Positions 1-11,416 of a DNA stretch of 38,301 nucleotides are shown here, piece after piece. Location: assembly GCF_001194135.2 (NCBI RefSeq), contig NC_068995.1, positions 44,198,928-44,237,228 on the forward strand, written 5' to 3'. The translations under genes were made by a program, and so were the position numbers. The stretch is from Octopus bimaculoides (taxonomy: Eukaryota). The notes under the pieces were generated by a model. The model was given only the letters and a program-made list of their open reading frames with translations, had not been told where the DNA came from and ran no database searches. Every line of letters begins with the position of its first letter. The stretch's first letter is position 1.

Positions 1-58
<58 letters not shown>

Positions 59-120
59 ATACATATATATATTTAATATATATAGATATATGTATGTATA
101 TACACACATATATATATATA
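1..120. repeat. Compound (AT)n/(GT)n microsatellite
   Basis: (AT)15 at 1-30, (GT)n at about 33-58, then degenerate AT repeats; this explains ORFs 31..237 and 33..410. Confidence 0.95.
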
Positions 121-133
121 TATTTCTTATTTA

Positions 134-205
134 CTATTCCATCTATATATGCTATTCCATCTATATATGCTATTCCATCTATATATGCTATTCCATCTAT
201 ATATG
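134..205. repeat. 18-bp minisatellite, 4 perfect copies
   Basis: CTATTCCATCTATATATG at 134, 152, 170 and 188. Confidence 0.95.
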
Positions 206-2149
206 CTACTGTATCTATTGTTATTCTAAGACAGTGAACGTTTTACAATACACTGTTTATTTTCAACCCCTCTTGGCTTCTGGCTTCTTTCTTTTTCCAT
301 CTTTCACTATACATACATACATACATACATACATAAGTGTGTATGTATGTGCGTATTTTCGTGAAATGGAATTCTTTACTAAAGGATACAATGTGTTGCC
401 CGGTCAGTGAGATGATCCCAAGTTTCACAGCGAGTTGATAAGAATAGAAAAATTCAAAGGATGAAGAAAGAAGTCTGGGAGCCATACATGGAAGTAGATG
501 GGGAGAAAGAGAAAAGAGACAAACACGAAAGCAAATGCGGAAGAGACAGTGAAGAATAAAGAAATGTAAAGACAGACGAAAGAAAAAGAGAAGGATAGAC
601 AAAAAAAAACAGAAGCTAGAGTCACAAGAGGACAGAAAAATAAGTGGATGATTTTTAGTTTAGGAATTGTAAAACGTTTACTGACTTAAGATAACAATAG
701 ATGACAATAGACATATTCATGAGGGAGGAGGGTAAAAATAAAAAAAGAAGGTATGAGGTATGGTGTACGAATATGTAAGCAACTGACTACATAGAAGAAG
801 AAAGAAACAAATAAGAACATTCCTAGTGAAGATAGAGATGAAAATTCAAAACTGGAATTATAAGGATGTAGTTATGCAACATATAATAGATACTGTTCCC
901 AACTGATTCAAGTATGCTGTCAACTGTGGACTGGCGAGCGAATATCAATCAAACTGAAACCATTAAGGTCGAAATGTTGACTGAAATCACTGACAGGTTT
1001 CTTTCGTTCTGGTTCCACTGCCTGGTTTCAGCGGATTCAATTTCAACAGAAACATGTTAGGGAATTTGACAAGTTTGTTTTAAGGTCTCTGTAAGACTCT
1101 GTATCTTTCGTACAGGATTCCTGATAACTTGATCTTGCTCAATGCCGCTGCTTCCAATGTTTTATTTAAATAACGTGAAAATGATATAACTAACGCGCGA
1201 GTGAATGGAAATACTATTTCATGCTGTGGTTTCGTTCTTATCAACACAGCTGAACTTTATTGTACTAAACTCAGCTGATCCGCCAATCGACATCTCTGTT
1301 CACACCGTTGCTATTTTCGCAGAACCGGTCGACATAAATCGATTAATTATTTCTTGTCCTCTGACACCAATTTCCTAATAGTGAATGATTGGATTACCCA
1401 AAATGTCTTCCTCCGGTTTGATTTGATTTTAATTCTTTCTCGGAATAATGTGCGACTTAACTGACATAAGGTCAAAGCTCTTTATTTTGATACGCACATG
1501 TGTCGTTGTCGGTCAATATGTAAACGAAGATAACCTGATAATCACTTAACTATGAATTCTCTTGCTAAACTAAAATCCAGAAAGAGAAGAGCTTGGAAAC
1601 AATATGTATCTAACAAACTGAATAATTTCTACCTTGCCTTTGCTAAAGCTAGAAATTAACTGCATGACTATGTTAGACTCAATAGATTTACTAATTTCTT
1701 CTCGTTGATACATTCTATCCGTCACAATGAAATAAACTCTAAAAATTAGCGCACGTTATCCAAATAACTGTACTTTTGTGAGAGTCTTCTGCACATATTC
1801 TTTAGTTAGTCTTGAAGGCATTGGCAACATAGATCCATATATGTATAAAGGTTAATCTCCGTAATAATTAATTTTCTTTTAAGAACTCTCCCAGATTAGT
1901 AGTAGCATGCGTTTCTTGGAAGCCGTACTGATAAACATTTTCGTTCAGGATAATGATGAAATTTTATTCTCGCTTGACTGCTCGCAGTTAACTAAGGCAG
2001 GTAGAATTCAAAACTCTATTCCACGTGGTTTCTTACGTTGCTACTTTTATTATTCTGCCAATCAATTAATCAATGTATAATTCCTGCAGAATGGAAGCCT
2101 GCTTCTGTCTTATCAATCGACAAAAAAAATGTGATAATTACGATCTTAA

Positions 2150-2180
2150 TAGCTTCAGGCTAGCTTCAGGCTAGCTTCAG
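2150..2180. repeat. 11-bp tandem repeat, about 3 copies
   Basis: TAGCTTCAGGC x2 plus TAGCTTCAG. Confidence 0.9.
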
Positions 2181-2358
2181 TTCCGTAAGTTGCTACCAAA
2201 CTGCTGGTGTTTAGTCAATGACAACATTTTGGATTTCATATGTTCTAATAGCCAGATCCGCTCCGTTCAATGTCAAGATTTAACTCGCCATTCAACCTCA
2301 GCTCACTCGATTTATGAATCAAATGTCGTCTCATCTTGAAACAAAATCCGATCTGTGT

Positions 2359-2416
2359 AATTTTTCTCGATTTTATATTGCCCCTCCAATTTTTCTCGAT
2401 TTGATATTGCCCCTCC
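2359..2416. repeat. 29-bp tandem duplication
   Basis: AATTTTTCTCGATTT(T/G)ATATTGCCCCTCC twice, with one mismatch. Confidence 0.9.
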
Positions 2417-3413
2417 TGCAGCTGCAGTATATTTTATCACAGCAAGATCGTATAAAGAAACGTCAGACAGGCTACTTGAAATATCCTCTCTGAACCCTCT
2501 TATCTTTTGATTATACCAATCTATATTTATCTACTTTTCATTAGAAGAAATTTCACGTTAACTTTATATACTTAATCAACCATTTTATAGTCTTCTGTCA
2601 TTGTCGGTCTCTTTTTCTTTCCCTTTTTCTTCAACTCACATGCAAACGTTTACACAATTATCTCTCTTTCCACTGTCTCATTTCCCTACTATATTTTCTC
2701 TCTCCACTTGGTTCGTTACTTACATATTCATACACCTTACATTTTTTTTATTTACAATTATTATCCTTCTCTTTTAAATGTACACTTTCCACATTACACT
2801 ACTGTATCTGCTCCCTTAAGGTAACGAATGTTTTTACAATAACCAAGCTAATACCATCTTCAATTACTACCTCTTCGTATGATTCTTTTTCTTCACCCAT
2901 GCCTATTTCTCTATCATATACATTTCTACAACTTCGGCTTTTTTCATTTCCCGTCTTATATGCTAAGACGACAAAATTCTAGACACTTTCTTACACAGTT
3001 GTTGTTTTGTTGGCTTTATGCCATTTTTCTGTTTATAGTTATTTTTAATGTCATCTTCAAATATTTTATTGTTCTTTGACCTATGTTACCTCAAGACATT
3101 AAAACAGATGATTAACTAACAAGCAACAAATAAAACTTAGCTTAGTGAGACTAAATACAAATTTTGTTACTTCACACTCAATAACCGATCAGCATTGAAG
3201 CAATATCACGTCGCTTTTGGCAGTCAATCATCATTGAAACACAATCACATCATTTCTTTCAACTTCATAAACATTGATAATGCTTGTATTTGAAGTAACA
3301 TTTTTTCCACTTATTGTCATGAGTCCTCGTGTTACAAAAGACTGGACACTCCGTCTAAGCAAAGGAAATAGAAAGGGTACGTACCTTTCAACTAATAAGT
3401 AAAGGGTGGAGAG

Positions 3414-3474
3414 AAGGGACAACAAAATACGGCAACAAAATAAGGGACAACAAAATAAGGGACAGCAAAATAAG
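3414..3474. repeat. Imperfect 15-16-bp tandem repeat
   Basis: AAGGGACAACAAAAT-type unit, about 4 copies, one of them shortened. Confidence 0.75.
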
Positions 3475-5177
3475 TTTTGTCAATGATTTAAAGGAATGAT
3501 ATAATAAAAGGACAGAAAAGAGAGTGTAAATAAATGAGGAGCAGGATAACTAACGTGTCGTTTGATTTACTCGAACGCATTGTCAAATAACTTCAAAAGG
3601 ACTACTGCAAAGGTTAACTACCAAGAGGAGTCAGTCTATGCGAGGGAGTTGTAAGGCGAAATTGGACCCTGCTCTTCGTCGAGTCTGAGCCATCAGTCGG
3701 ACAATCTCACTGTAATTACTTACTCATCTGCTCTCACTATGCATACTGCGACTCAGTCACCTCAGTATACCATACCCACCCCAGTTCCCTACAATCAGAC
3801 ATCGTAATCTGAAGTCTTGCCCTCGCACATACTCCTCTCCATCAAAAAAAGCTAAAAATTTTCCTGAGCTTTGAATATGTAATTTTGTCCCATTTAACCA
3901 CATCTAAGCCTTGGTTATATTTCCTCTTTTGTTAGGGTTGAGGTATTGACCTTTCTACCTACCCCGCCAATTCTAGTTTTCTCCCTCCCCACTCTCTAAG
4001 TTTACTTGGCCGTGTCTTTCTCCTCTTTCTCCCTCTCTCTCACCCCCATCCCACACACACATACTAAGACCTCTGTCCCTCTACAGCTCCCACATTACTC
4101 CTTCAATCCCTACATGTACGCGCCTTTAGCCTACTGAGATCGATAAGCAAAGTTATACAATGGAATCTCATTTCTTTCAGTTCTTTGTATTTTGAGATGA
4201 AATCGCGCCGTTGTCTACGTGAATGGCGGACTCAGTCCGTCACTATCTCGGTTATCTTTAGCACAGCCCAAACTGTAGGAAACATTCTTCCAGATCTCTG
4301 GATTGGAGATATCATCTTTCATTTTTTCCTTCTCTTCAACCAGCCACGGAAGCCCTGAAAACTATTCTACGAATTGACTGGACCAATTGTTGATGACGAC
4401 GTGAACCATCTTCGATTTCTTCCGCTTTAGAATTCTATCCTATGTCAGCGTGACTAGAACAGTGTTAGTAAAGTCCGTTACTATTTTTACTGTATTGGAG
4501 GAATTGTGTTAGTAGAAGCAGATATGGTAATTATCTGGGTTTTTCAATCAAACAATAATTATGCATTATTTCCAGAGGTTATCTCTCTGTCTACCTGCCT
4601 AATTTCCAGTGCAGCTTAAGAATAAGATTGATGCCAATGTCATTAGATGGTATCATTTGAGCAATTTTAGTAAACTTCCCACCAACAAGTCACTACGGTG
4701 TGTTCTTTTCTTTTTGGCAACCATCATGATTGTTGAATATAGTTCAGCCTCCTTGTTGTCGTTGTACAGAGTTAAATATATTACATCTGTTAAGTATGCT
4801 TAATTAAAGTTAACTTATTCCTAAAACACGTGCGTGGCATGTTTTTCAAAATTAAACACTATTAAATTTGTAAGAGCATAAAAATGGAAATTGTTCTATT
4901 CTTTATTCAAATATGCAAGAAAATTTGCATATAAAACAGAGAAAATATTTTGTGCTTACAGAAAACATTTAGATATTTAATTATTGTTGTCCCTTATTCA
5001 GCTAATGTTAGAAGACCAAGGTAGACATATATTTTTACACATTTATCAAGATAATTTACCTGGCATTTCGGAAATTGAAACAATACTCACTCAAATAATT
5101 ATGGAGTTTTTTCATCAAGCTTTCGTTGAAATTTCTGAACACTGACTTAAGTTTCGTTTATTGACTAGCCACAGTGT

Positions 5178-5307
5178 TGGTAGAGTCATAACGTCAGATA
5201 GATTGCCTTGTAGTAAGCGTTCCTACTCTCTATTCTTCGAGTTCAAATTCCATCAAGATCATCTTTGTCATTCATTCTTTCAGAGTTGATAAAATAAAGT
5301 ACCAGTC
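5178..5307 (+). mobile_element. tRNA-derived SINE, family A-like, 3'-truncated and diverged
   Basis: B-box-like GAGTTCAAATTCC followed by TTCATTCTTTCAGAGTTGATAAAATAAAGTACCAGT, matching the core shared with the copies at 16071, 16578 and 17055. Confidence 0.75.
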
Positions 5308-6823
5308 CTCTGCTGTCGAGACTTCTCTCTCTCGTACTTCTGTTCGTTTGTCTTTCTCTTTCTGGAAGAAATTGGTTGTGGTGAGACCTTGAGAGTGGTA
5401 GGCTCTGCTGGTATAAAAATACTCAAGGCTCGCCCCATGTAACCACAGCTCCCATATGACTCAATAAAGAGTTGAGGACCCAAAGCAAAACAATATTCAC
5501 AATATTATGCAGTGACATTATATAAATATGCATGTGGATTTAGGGGTTTGGTAAGGCTAAGGGACTAGGTTGAGTACAAATGCAGAACAAATTTGAAATG
5601 AACAGAGATGTCGATTTTATAAAGATGCTGAAGATAAGAAACTACAGTTGGGAGAACCCTGGGAATTTTAGAATAGTAGACAACATTTCAAGACTTTTGA
5701 AGCCGTGGTATATACAATTTTACATATGGAAAAAGTGTAAGAGAAGCAATAAAGTGAACAGTTGGTTTCATAATTGAAAATTGAAATATGTGTAAAAGTA
5801 AAAGTAATTGTCTAAGATAGGAAAAAGTGATATAATTCATAAGTGAAATGGTTTTGTTTGCTTATGTATGAAGATGTAAAAACATTGAAAATAATTGCAT
5901 TAAAGTTTCTTATCCAAGATGAAAAAATTTGGTATTAATGTTTAACTTGTTATTGATGTGTATTTAGTAAACTAGTAAATGTAAAAATTGTGAACATTAA
6001 CGTAGTTTTATATAATCGCTAGATATCATTAGTAGAATGACTTTATTTAGTTAAATACAGTGATTTAAAAGAATATGGAGAGCAATTTATTGTTATATTT
6101 GGGAAGAGTAATAATTAATAAAGCCTATAAACACACTCACCGGTTGTCGCTTGCCTATATTTCATATTTTCTTTTTTTTCAAAACATGCTTATTTATCTC
6201 TGCAGTGTAGTTTTTTTTTTTCAATGGATATACATTTTTTTCTTTGAAATGCTTGGTTTTCACCTAACAGCTGATATTTTTGGCTGCTAAATTTCTATGG
6301 TTGCAAGCGCACGAGCCGATGATGTCTTTTCGGCTCCCACGCTCGCTGCTATAAAACCAATTTTATTTCGTTCTTATTGAAGCTAAAAAGTTAATGTCCA
6401 TGGTTATTAACTTCTGGTGATAAACTGAAGAATACAAGAGGACTATTTGAAGCGAATGAATTTTTAATGGATATATTCGCTCATAAATGGGTTAGAAAAT
6501 AAGTAAATAAATATAAATATATACTGAATTATGTAGATAAATTTTCGTTAATTTCTAAGTCGAAGCAACTAAATGTATGTATAAGCCTGGAAATATATTT
6601 AGGAAAGTAGTAAATAAGAAGGATTAATATAAAGAATCGAGATTAAGATATTAAATATACTGCAGTTCATTTAAAATAATTTAAGAAAAATAAAAGAATA
6701 TAACTGTAATATTTCACTTTAGTGTGGTGTAAATGTTTTGAATGAAGTAGCATCTCTTATATTTTAGTTAGGCGTAGAAATTGTTAGAAATTTACTGGGA
6801 GGAGACATGCGGATATATAAGTA

Positions 6824-6826
<3 letters not shown>

Positions 6827-6894
<68 letters not shown>
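6827..6894. repeat. (GT)n microsatellite
   Basis: Perfect GT run of about 34 units. Confidence 0.97.
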
Positions 6895-6896
<2 letters not shown>

Positions 6897-6904
6897 AGAA
6901 GTTA

Positions 6905-7286
6905 AAAGTTATGGCCGATTATAGAGTGACCATTGGTTTCGCACTTATAAAGCGCTTAGCAGTATTGGGGACTCGTCAGACTCAAATGGCTGAAAGCGTA
7001 TAACCTCTCTACAACTGGAGGAAGAAATACATAACGGTTAGCTACTTTTGTAAACAAAATAAATAATTGTCTGCGCTGCGGCGAGGACGAAGTTATCTCC
7101 TTTACATCGGCTCCGGCATGGTGATATTCGAAGGAGCTGTAGCGGGACTATTCAACGAATTGGGAATTCTAAGCCTGAAGTAGGAACCGTTTCTTTCTTG
7201 GAGTTTAAACAGGTCCCCGGATCGAGAGAGTCTTTTAGGATTCTTGCCTTTTCAGCCAAACAAAACTTACACCGTTTGCTCCCGGT
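6905..7286 (-). mobile_element. Penelope-like element (PLE) remnant, C-terminus downstream of the GIY-YIG domain
   Basis: Minus frame 7286-7152 reads TGSKRCKFCLAEKARILKDSLDPGTCLNSKKE, resembling the PLE C-terminal motif KRCxLCLxEKxxIL...LNxRxE. The boundary toward 6905 is approximate. Confidence 0.65.
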
Positions 7287-8151
7287 AAATAATTTATTTA
7301 CCTAAATTTTAACTTCATCTCCTTCAAAATAGTCACCTTGCACAACAATACAGTGGTCCCAGTGTTCCTGCCAATTTTGGAATCGTTCTTGGAAATCGTT
7401 TTATGTACGCGAGTCGAGGACTTTCTGCGATTCGCTCTGGATCTTGACAGCGGTGTTAAAACGGTGACCTTTGAGCTGCATTTTCATCTTGGGGAAAAGA
7501 TGGAAGTTCATAAGTGTTAAATCTGGCGAATAGGGTTGGTGCGGAAACGACACCATGTTGTTTTTGGTGAGAAACTCATGAGTGAAGAGAGTTCGGTGAC
7601 AAGGTGCATTATTGTCGTGAAGAATCTAATCCTTTGCGCTCCACAGATCCGGTCGCTTTCGCCGAATGTCCTCCTTCAAACACTTCAAAACGTTGCAGCA
7701 GAACTCTTGATTGACGGTCTAGCCCAGGGGGATAAAATTCTCAATGCACAATTCCACATTTCCGGGTATGACTGACGCTCGTGGCAGGTCTTCCAGGTCG
7801 TTCGTCGTCTTTCAGGGACGTTCTTCTACTTTTGAAGCGCCGTGCCACTCGAAACATTGCGTACGACCCACTGTCTCGTCGCCGTAAGCTTGCCGAAGCA
7901 GGCTCAATATCTCTGTAGCAGACTTCCAAGTTTAACGCAAAATTTCACCTTGGCGCTTTGTTCCTGTCCCTGACAAAATCACAGACTACAGCATACATGT
8001 GATCACAAAAACACCAATTTCACAACTTGCGAAGTAAACACAGCGAGGTCACTTGGCACACTGCCTCATGAAGGACATTGCTAGCTCTCACTGCACACGC
8101 AACCGTGTGCTGCCATCAGAACTAGTCCGTCAACGTTTTGATACCCCTTCG
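7287..8151 (-). mobile_element. Internally deleted, degenerate mariner (Tc1/mariner) transposon
   Basis: The N-terminus reads ...RFKSRRTSLKDDERPGRPATSV and joins directly to CGIVH, followed by LHDNNAPCH...PHQPYSPDLTLMNFHLFPKMK...QGDYFEGDEVKI* with stops and frameshifts. The 5' TIR (plus strand ...GTTTTGATACCCCTTCG) ends at 8151, followed by TA. The other TIR is not recognisable. Confidence 0.92.
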
Positions 8152-8772
8152 TATCATATCTATAATATGTAGATAAATTTGCAGGCTACTATCTGTAGAA
8201 ATCAGTTAACAGAAACTAGAATCTGTGAATCCTTTAAGTTTGTCATAACTCCTACAGATATAAAATGAAATTGGAATAACTAATCAGCCGCTGAAATAAA
8301 AACTGGTAAATCATTCATTACGATTGTTACAATAACCGCCACACAAATAAAATATTTAAGATTTTCAAAATAACTAATGTATATGATTCACGTAAAACAA
8401 AGTAGCTAGAAGGATTTGGTTTAATTCGATGCTGATTAATGATAACCATTATGAATTTCAAGAAAAATATCGAGATGGACGACTAACTGAAAATAAAAAC
8501 GATTTTGAAGAAGAAAAATTTTAATAAGTTTATCCTAAATAATTCTTTAAACTCACTGTGTCTCTCAAATATGAGGGTTATGTAACAACAAATGGTTAAA
8601 TAGTGTTCAGTATTATTCAATTTCTTTCTCTGATATGCAGACACAGATTCACATAGATATGTCTATACACTGGATAAACTAATATCCAGGGTATAGATAT
8701 ATAAAGCCTGTGTTGAGGAAAGAGCTTCAGACTCGCTTGTCCAGCATGGATATAATCGACTTATCCCCTCCC

Positions 8773-8981
8773 CAAGAGCAGGTGGAAGCTGCAGAGATGG
8801 AGTTCTTCGGCTCGAAGGACAGGAACTGATATCAGCGTGGGACCAAAGAACTGACAAAAACGTGACTTCAGACGATACAACACGATGGCCTCTACAATGA
8901 ATGACACGCTGCTTTTGTTGTAACTTGACGAATAAAGCGAATAAGTCACCGAAATATTGCAAAACTTTTGACTCAACGCAA
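8773..8981 (+). mobile_element. Mariner 3' fragment (transposase C-terminus plus 3' TIR), different lineage
   Basis: Reads QEQVEAAEMEFFGSKDRN*YQRGTKELTKT*LQTIQHDGLYNE*, a typical mariner C-terminus with two Trp codons mutated to TGA. The end GCAAAACTTTTGACTCAACGCAA followed by TA resembles a TATT(A/G)GGTTG-type TIR. Confidence 0.8.
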
Positions 8982-9048
8982 TAAAAATATTTTATTCGAA
9001 TATATAGAGAATAACACGTCGCCTTTAAAATTTCTCCACTGATATCAT

Positions 9049-10036
9049 TTTGCCTATCACCATCATCACCATCATCACCACCACCACCACCATCAGCAGC
9101 AGCATTTATCATTAATTTCACCAGTACTACTATCACTACCATCATCCTTTTCATCATCACGACCTTCATCATCATCACGACCTTCATCATCATCACGACC
9201 TTCATCATCATCATCATCATCATAGGCACTATCTTCTTCATCCTTATCAGCATCATCNNNNNNNNNNNNNNNNNNNNNNNNNNNNNNNNNNNNNNNNNNN
9301 NNNNNNNNNNNNNNNNNNNNNNNNNNNNNNNNNNNNNNNNNNNNNNNNNNNNNNNNNNNNNNNNNNNNNNNNNNNNNNNNNNNNNNNNNNNNNNNNNNNN
9401 NNNNNNNNNNNNNNNNNNNNNNNNNNNNNNNNNNNNNNNNNNNNNNNNNNNNNNNNNNNNNNNNNNNNNNNNNNNNNNNNNNNNNNNNNNNNNNNNNNNN
9501 NNNNNNNNNNNNNNNNNNNNNNNNNNNNNNNNNNNNNNNNNNNNNNNNNNNNNNNNNNNNNNNNNNNNNNNNNNNNNNNNNNNNNNNNNNNNNNNNNNNN
9601 NNNNNNNNNNNNNNNNNNNNNNNNNNNNNNNNNNNNNNNNNNNNNNNNNNNNNNNNNNNNNNNNNNNNNNNNNNNNNNNNNNNNNNNNNNNNNNNNNNNN
9701 NNNNNNNNNNNNNNNNNNNNNNNNNNNNNNNNNNNNNNNNNNNNNNNNNNNNNNNNNNNNNNNNNNNNNNNNNNNNNNNNNNNNNNNNNNNNNNNNNNNN
9801 NNNNNNNNNNNNNNNNNNNNNNNNNNNNNNNNNNNNNNNNNNNNNNNNNNNNNNNNNNNNNNNNNNNNNNNNNNNNNNNNNNNNNNNNNNNNNNNNNNNN
9901 NNNNNNNNNNNNTCACTACCATCATCCTTTTCATCATCACGACCTTCATCATCATCACGACCTTCATCATCATCATCATCATCATCATAGGCACCATCTT
10001 CTTCATCCTTATCAGCATCATCATCCTTATCATCAA
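9049..10036. repeat. Degenerate (CAT)n trinucleotide array with embedded 18-bp ACGACCTTCATCATCATC units, interrupted by a 654-N gap
   Basis: Direct reading; this explains the Met/Val-rich ORF 8663..10039. Confidence 0.92.
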
Positions 10037-10559
10037 CACATCGTGCGTATTGTCGTTACCGTTATTTGGCGCCTAAACTCAACACAGCTTGAAACCAAGC
10101 ATAATGCTGGAGTTTTCCCATAGCAACATCAGCTGCAGAATATATTTGTCAAATTATCTTGGACAAATTTACACAACACTATAATTAACGAATTAGCGTA
10201 TTTAGCAATGGCGGAGATTTCGAGTTTATGGAATGCCGCGAGCAGCGTCTAATTCAAATAGCTTCTGTTTTGATATATATGTATCTTAACATACGTACAT
10301 ACGCATGCGCTATTATACTTATGTATGTATATATACATATATACAAACATATCTGTATCATAAATATCTATCTAAATTGTACGTATATATCTATTGATAG
10401 ATATACATACACACACATATATATGTATATATATAAAAATCTGTGCAAAAAAGCAATAAAAAACGGATATTTAATAAACGAGTGGAATTGAACCAGTGTG
10501 TGTGTTTTAATTATATTGGCATAATGGCATATACACACAATTGCGTAGTTATGTAGTTA

Positions 10560-10591
10560 TAGATAGACAGATAAATAGATAGATAGATAGA

Positions 10592-10623
<32 letters not shown>

Positions 10624-10700
10624 CATACATACATCTGTATGTATGTACTATGTATATATGTATGTAGGTATGTATATATGCATTGCATTTATATACACAC
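10560..10700. repeat. (AGAT)n/(ACAT)n compound tetranucleotide microsatellite
   Basis: Direct reading. Confidence 0.92.
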
Positions 10701-11416
10701 AAATACACGCGCAACTGCTTGTAAATGCATTCAGAAAATGTATTTACTCACAGACTCAAGCACATAGAGGCAATCTATAGATACACGCATGCATACAAAC
10801 ATACACTTATACACACATGCAGATACAATTACGCAGACACGATGAAAGTGACTTAATACTAAATTAAATATTTATAAATTAGAACAAATGAAAAATTGCT
10901 TTTTATCCGTTTATATCCGTTTGAGTGCTAGAGATAGAAGCTAATTCGCCCTCAAACCATACCCTACAGTCTTAAGAAAGAAACTACACATCTGATAATG
11001 TAGTTCGAGATACACATACGCACAATGTGATGTAATATATAGTCGTGAAGATTATTACGAGAACGCTTTTCGTTACTGATCTCTTATCAGAAATGAGTCA
11101 AAACCAACCCTAACCCTACCGTCTTAACAAAGAAACTATACATTTGATAAAGTAATCCTAGATGCACTTATTTTTTTATTAGTAAAATATAGTCGTGAGA
11201 ACTACAAGGAGAAAGCTTTTTGTTATTGGTCTGTTTTATGAGAAATACCTAGTGCTAAACAGTAACAACTGAATATTAAATTATATTGTTGTCGAATACC
11301 AAAGGAAAACCAAGAGAACAACGAATGAAGAATCATTAACTTAGAATTTTGTGATATAATGACCATGTGATTAAGAAATTTGCTTTCTAACCGAGTTTGA
11401 TACATTTAAGCAAGTA

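Noticed and set aside
900-2520. Possible old retroelement (basic frame MNSLAKLKSRKRRAWKQY... near 1551) and an open block at 1884-2010
   Set aside because: No RT or endonuclease motif was recognised and the splice signals are weak, so no call can be supported.
3231-3425. Minus-strand acceptor near 3355 followed by a Cys-rich frame TECPVFCN...CL*
   Set aside because: There is no credible upstream exon in phase and no recognisable family.
4150-4450. VIQWN...CLRE resembling the start of an APE endonuclease of an I/Jockey-type LINE
   Set aside because: Only two short motifs with wrong spacing; insufficient without a profile search.
8663-10039. 458-aa Met/Val-rich ORF
   Set aside because: It is the antisense of a (CAT)n repeat plus an N-gap plus the antisense of the mariner fragment.
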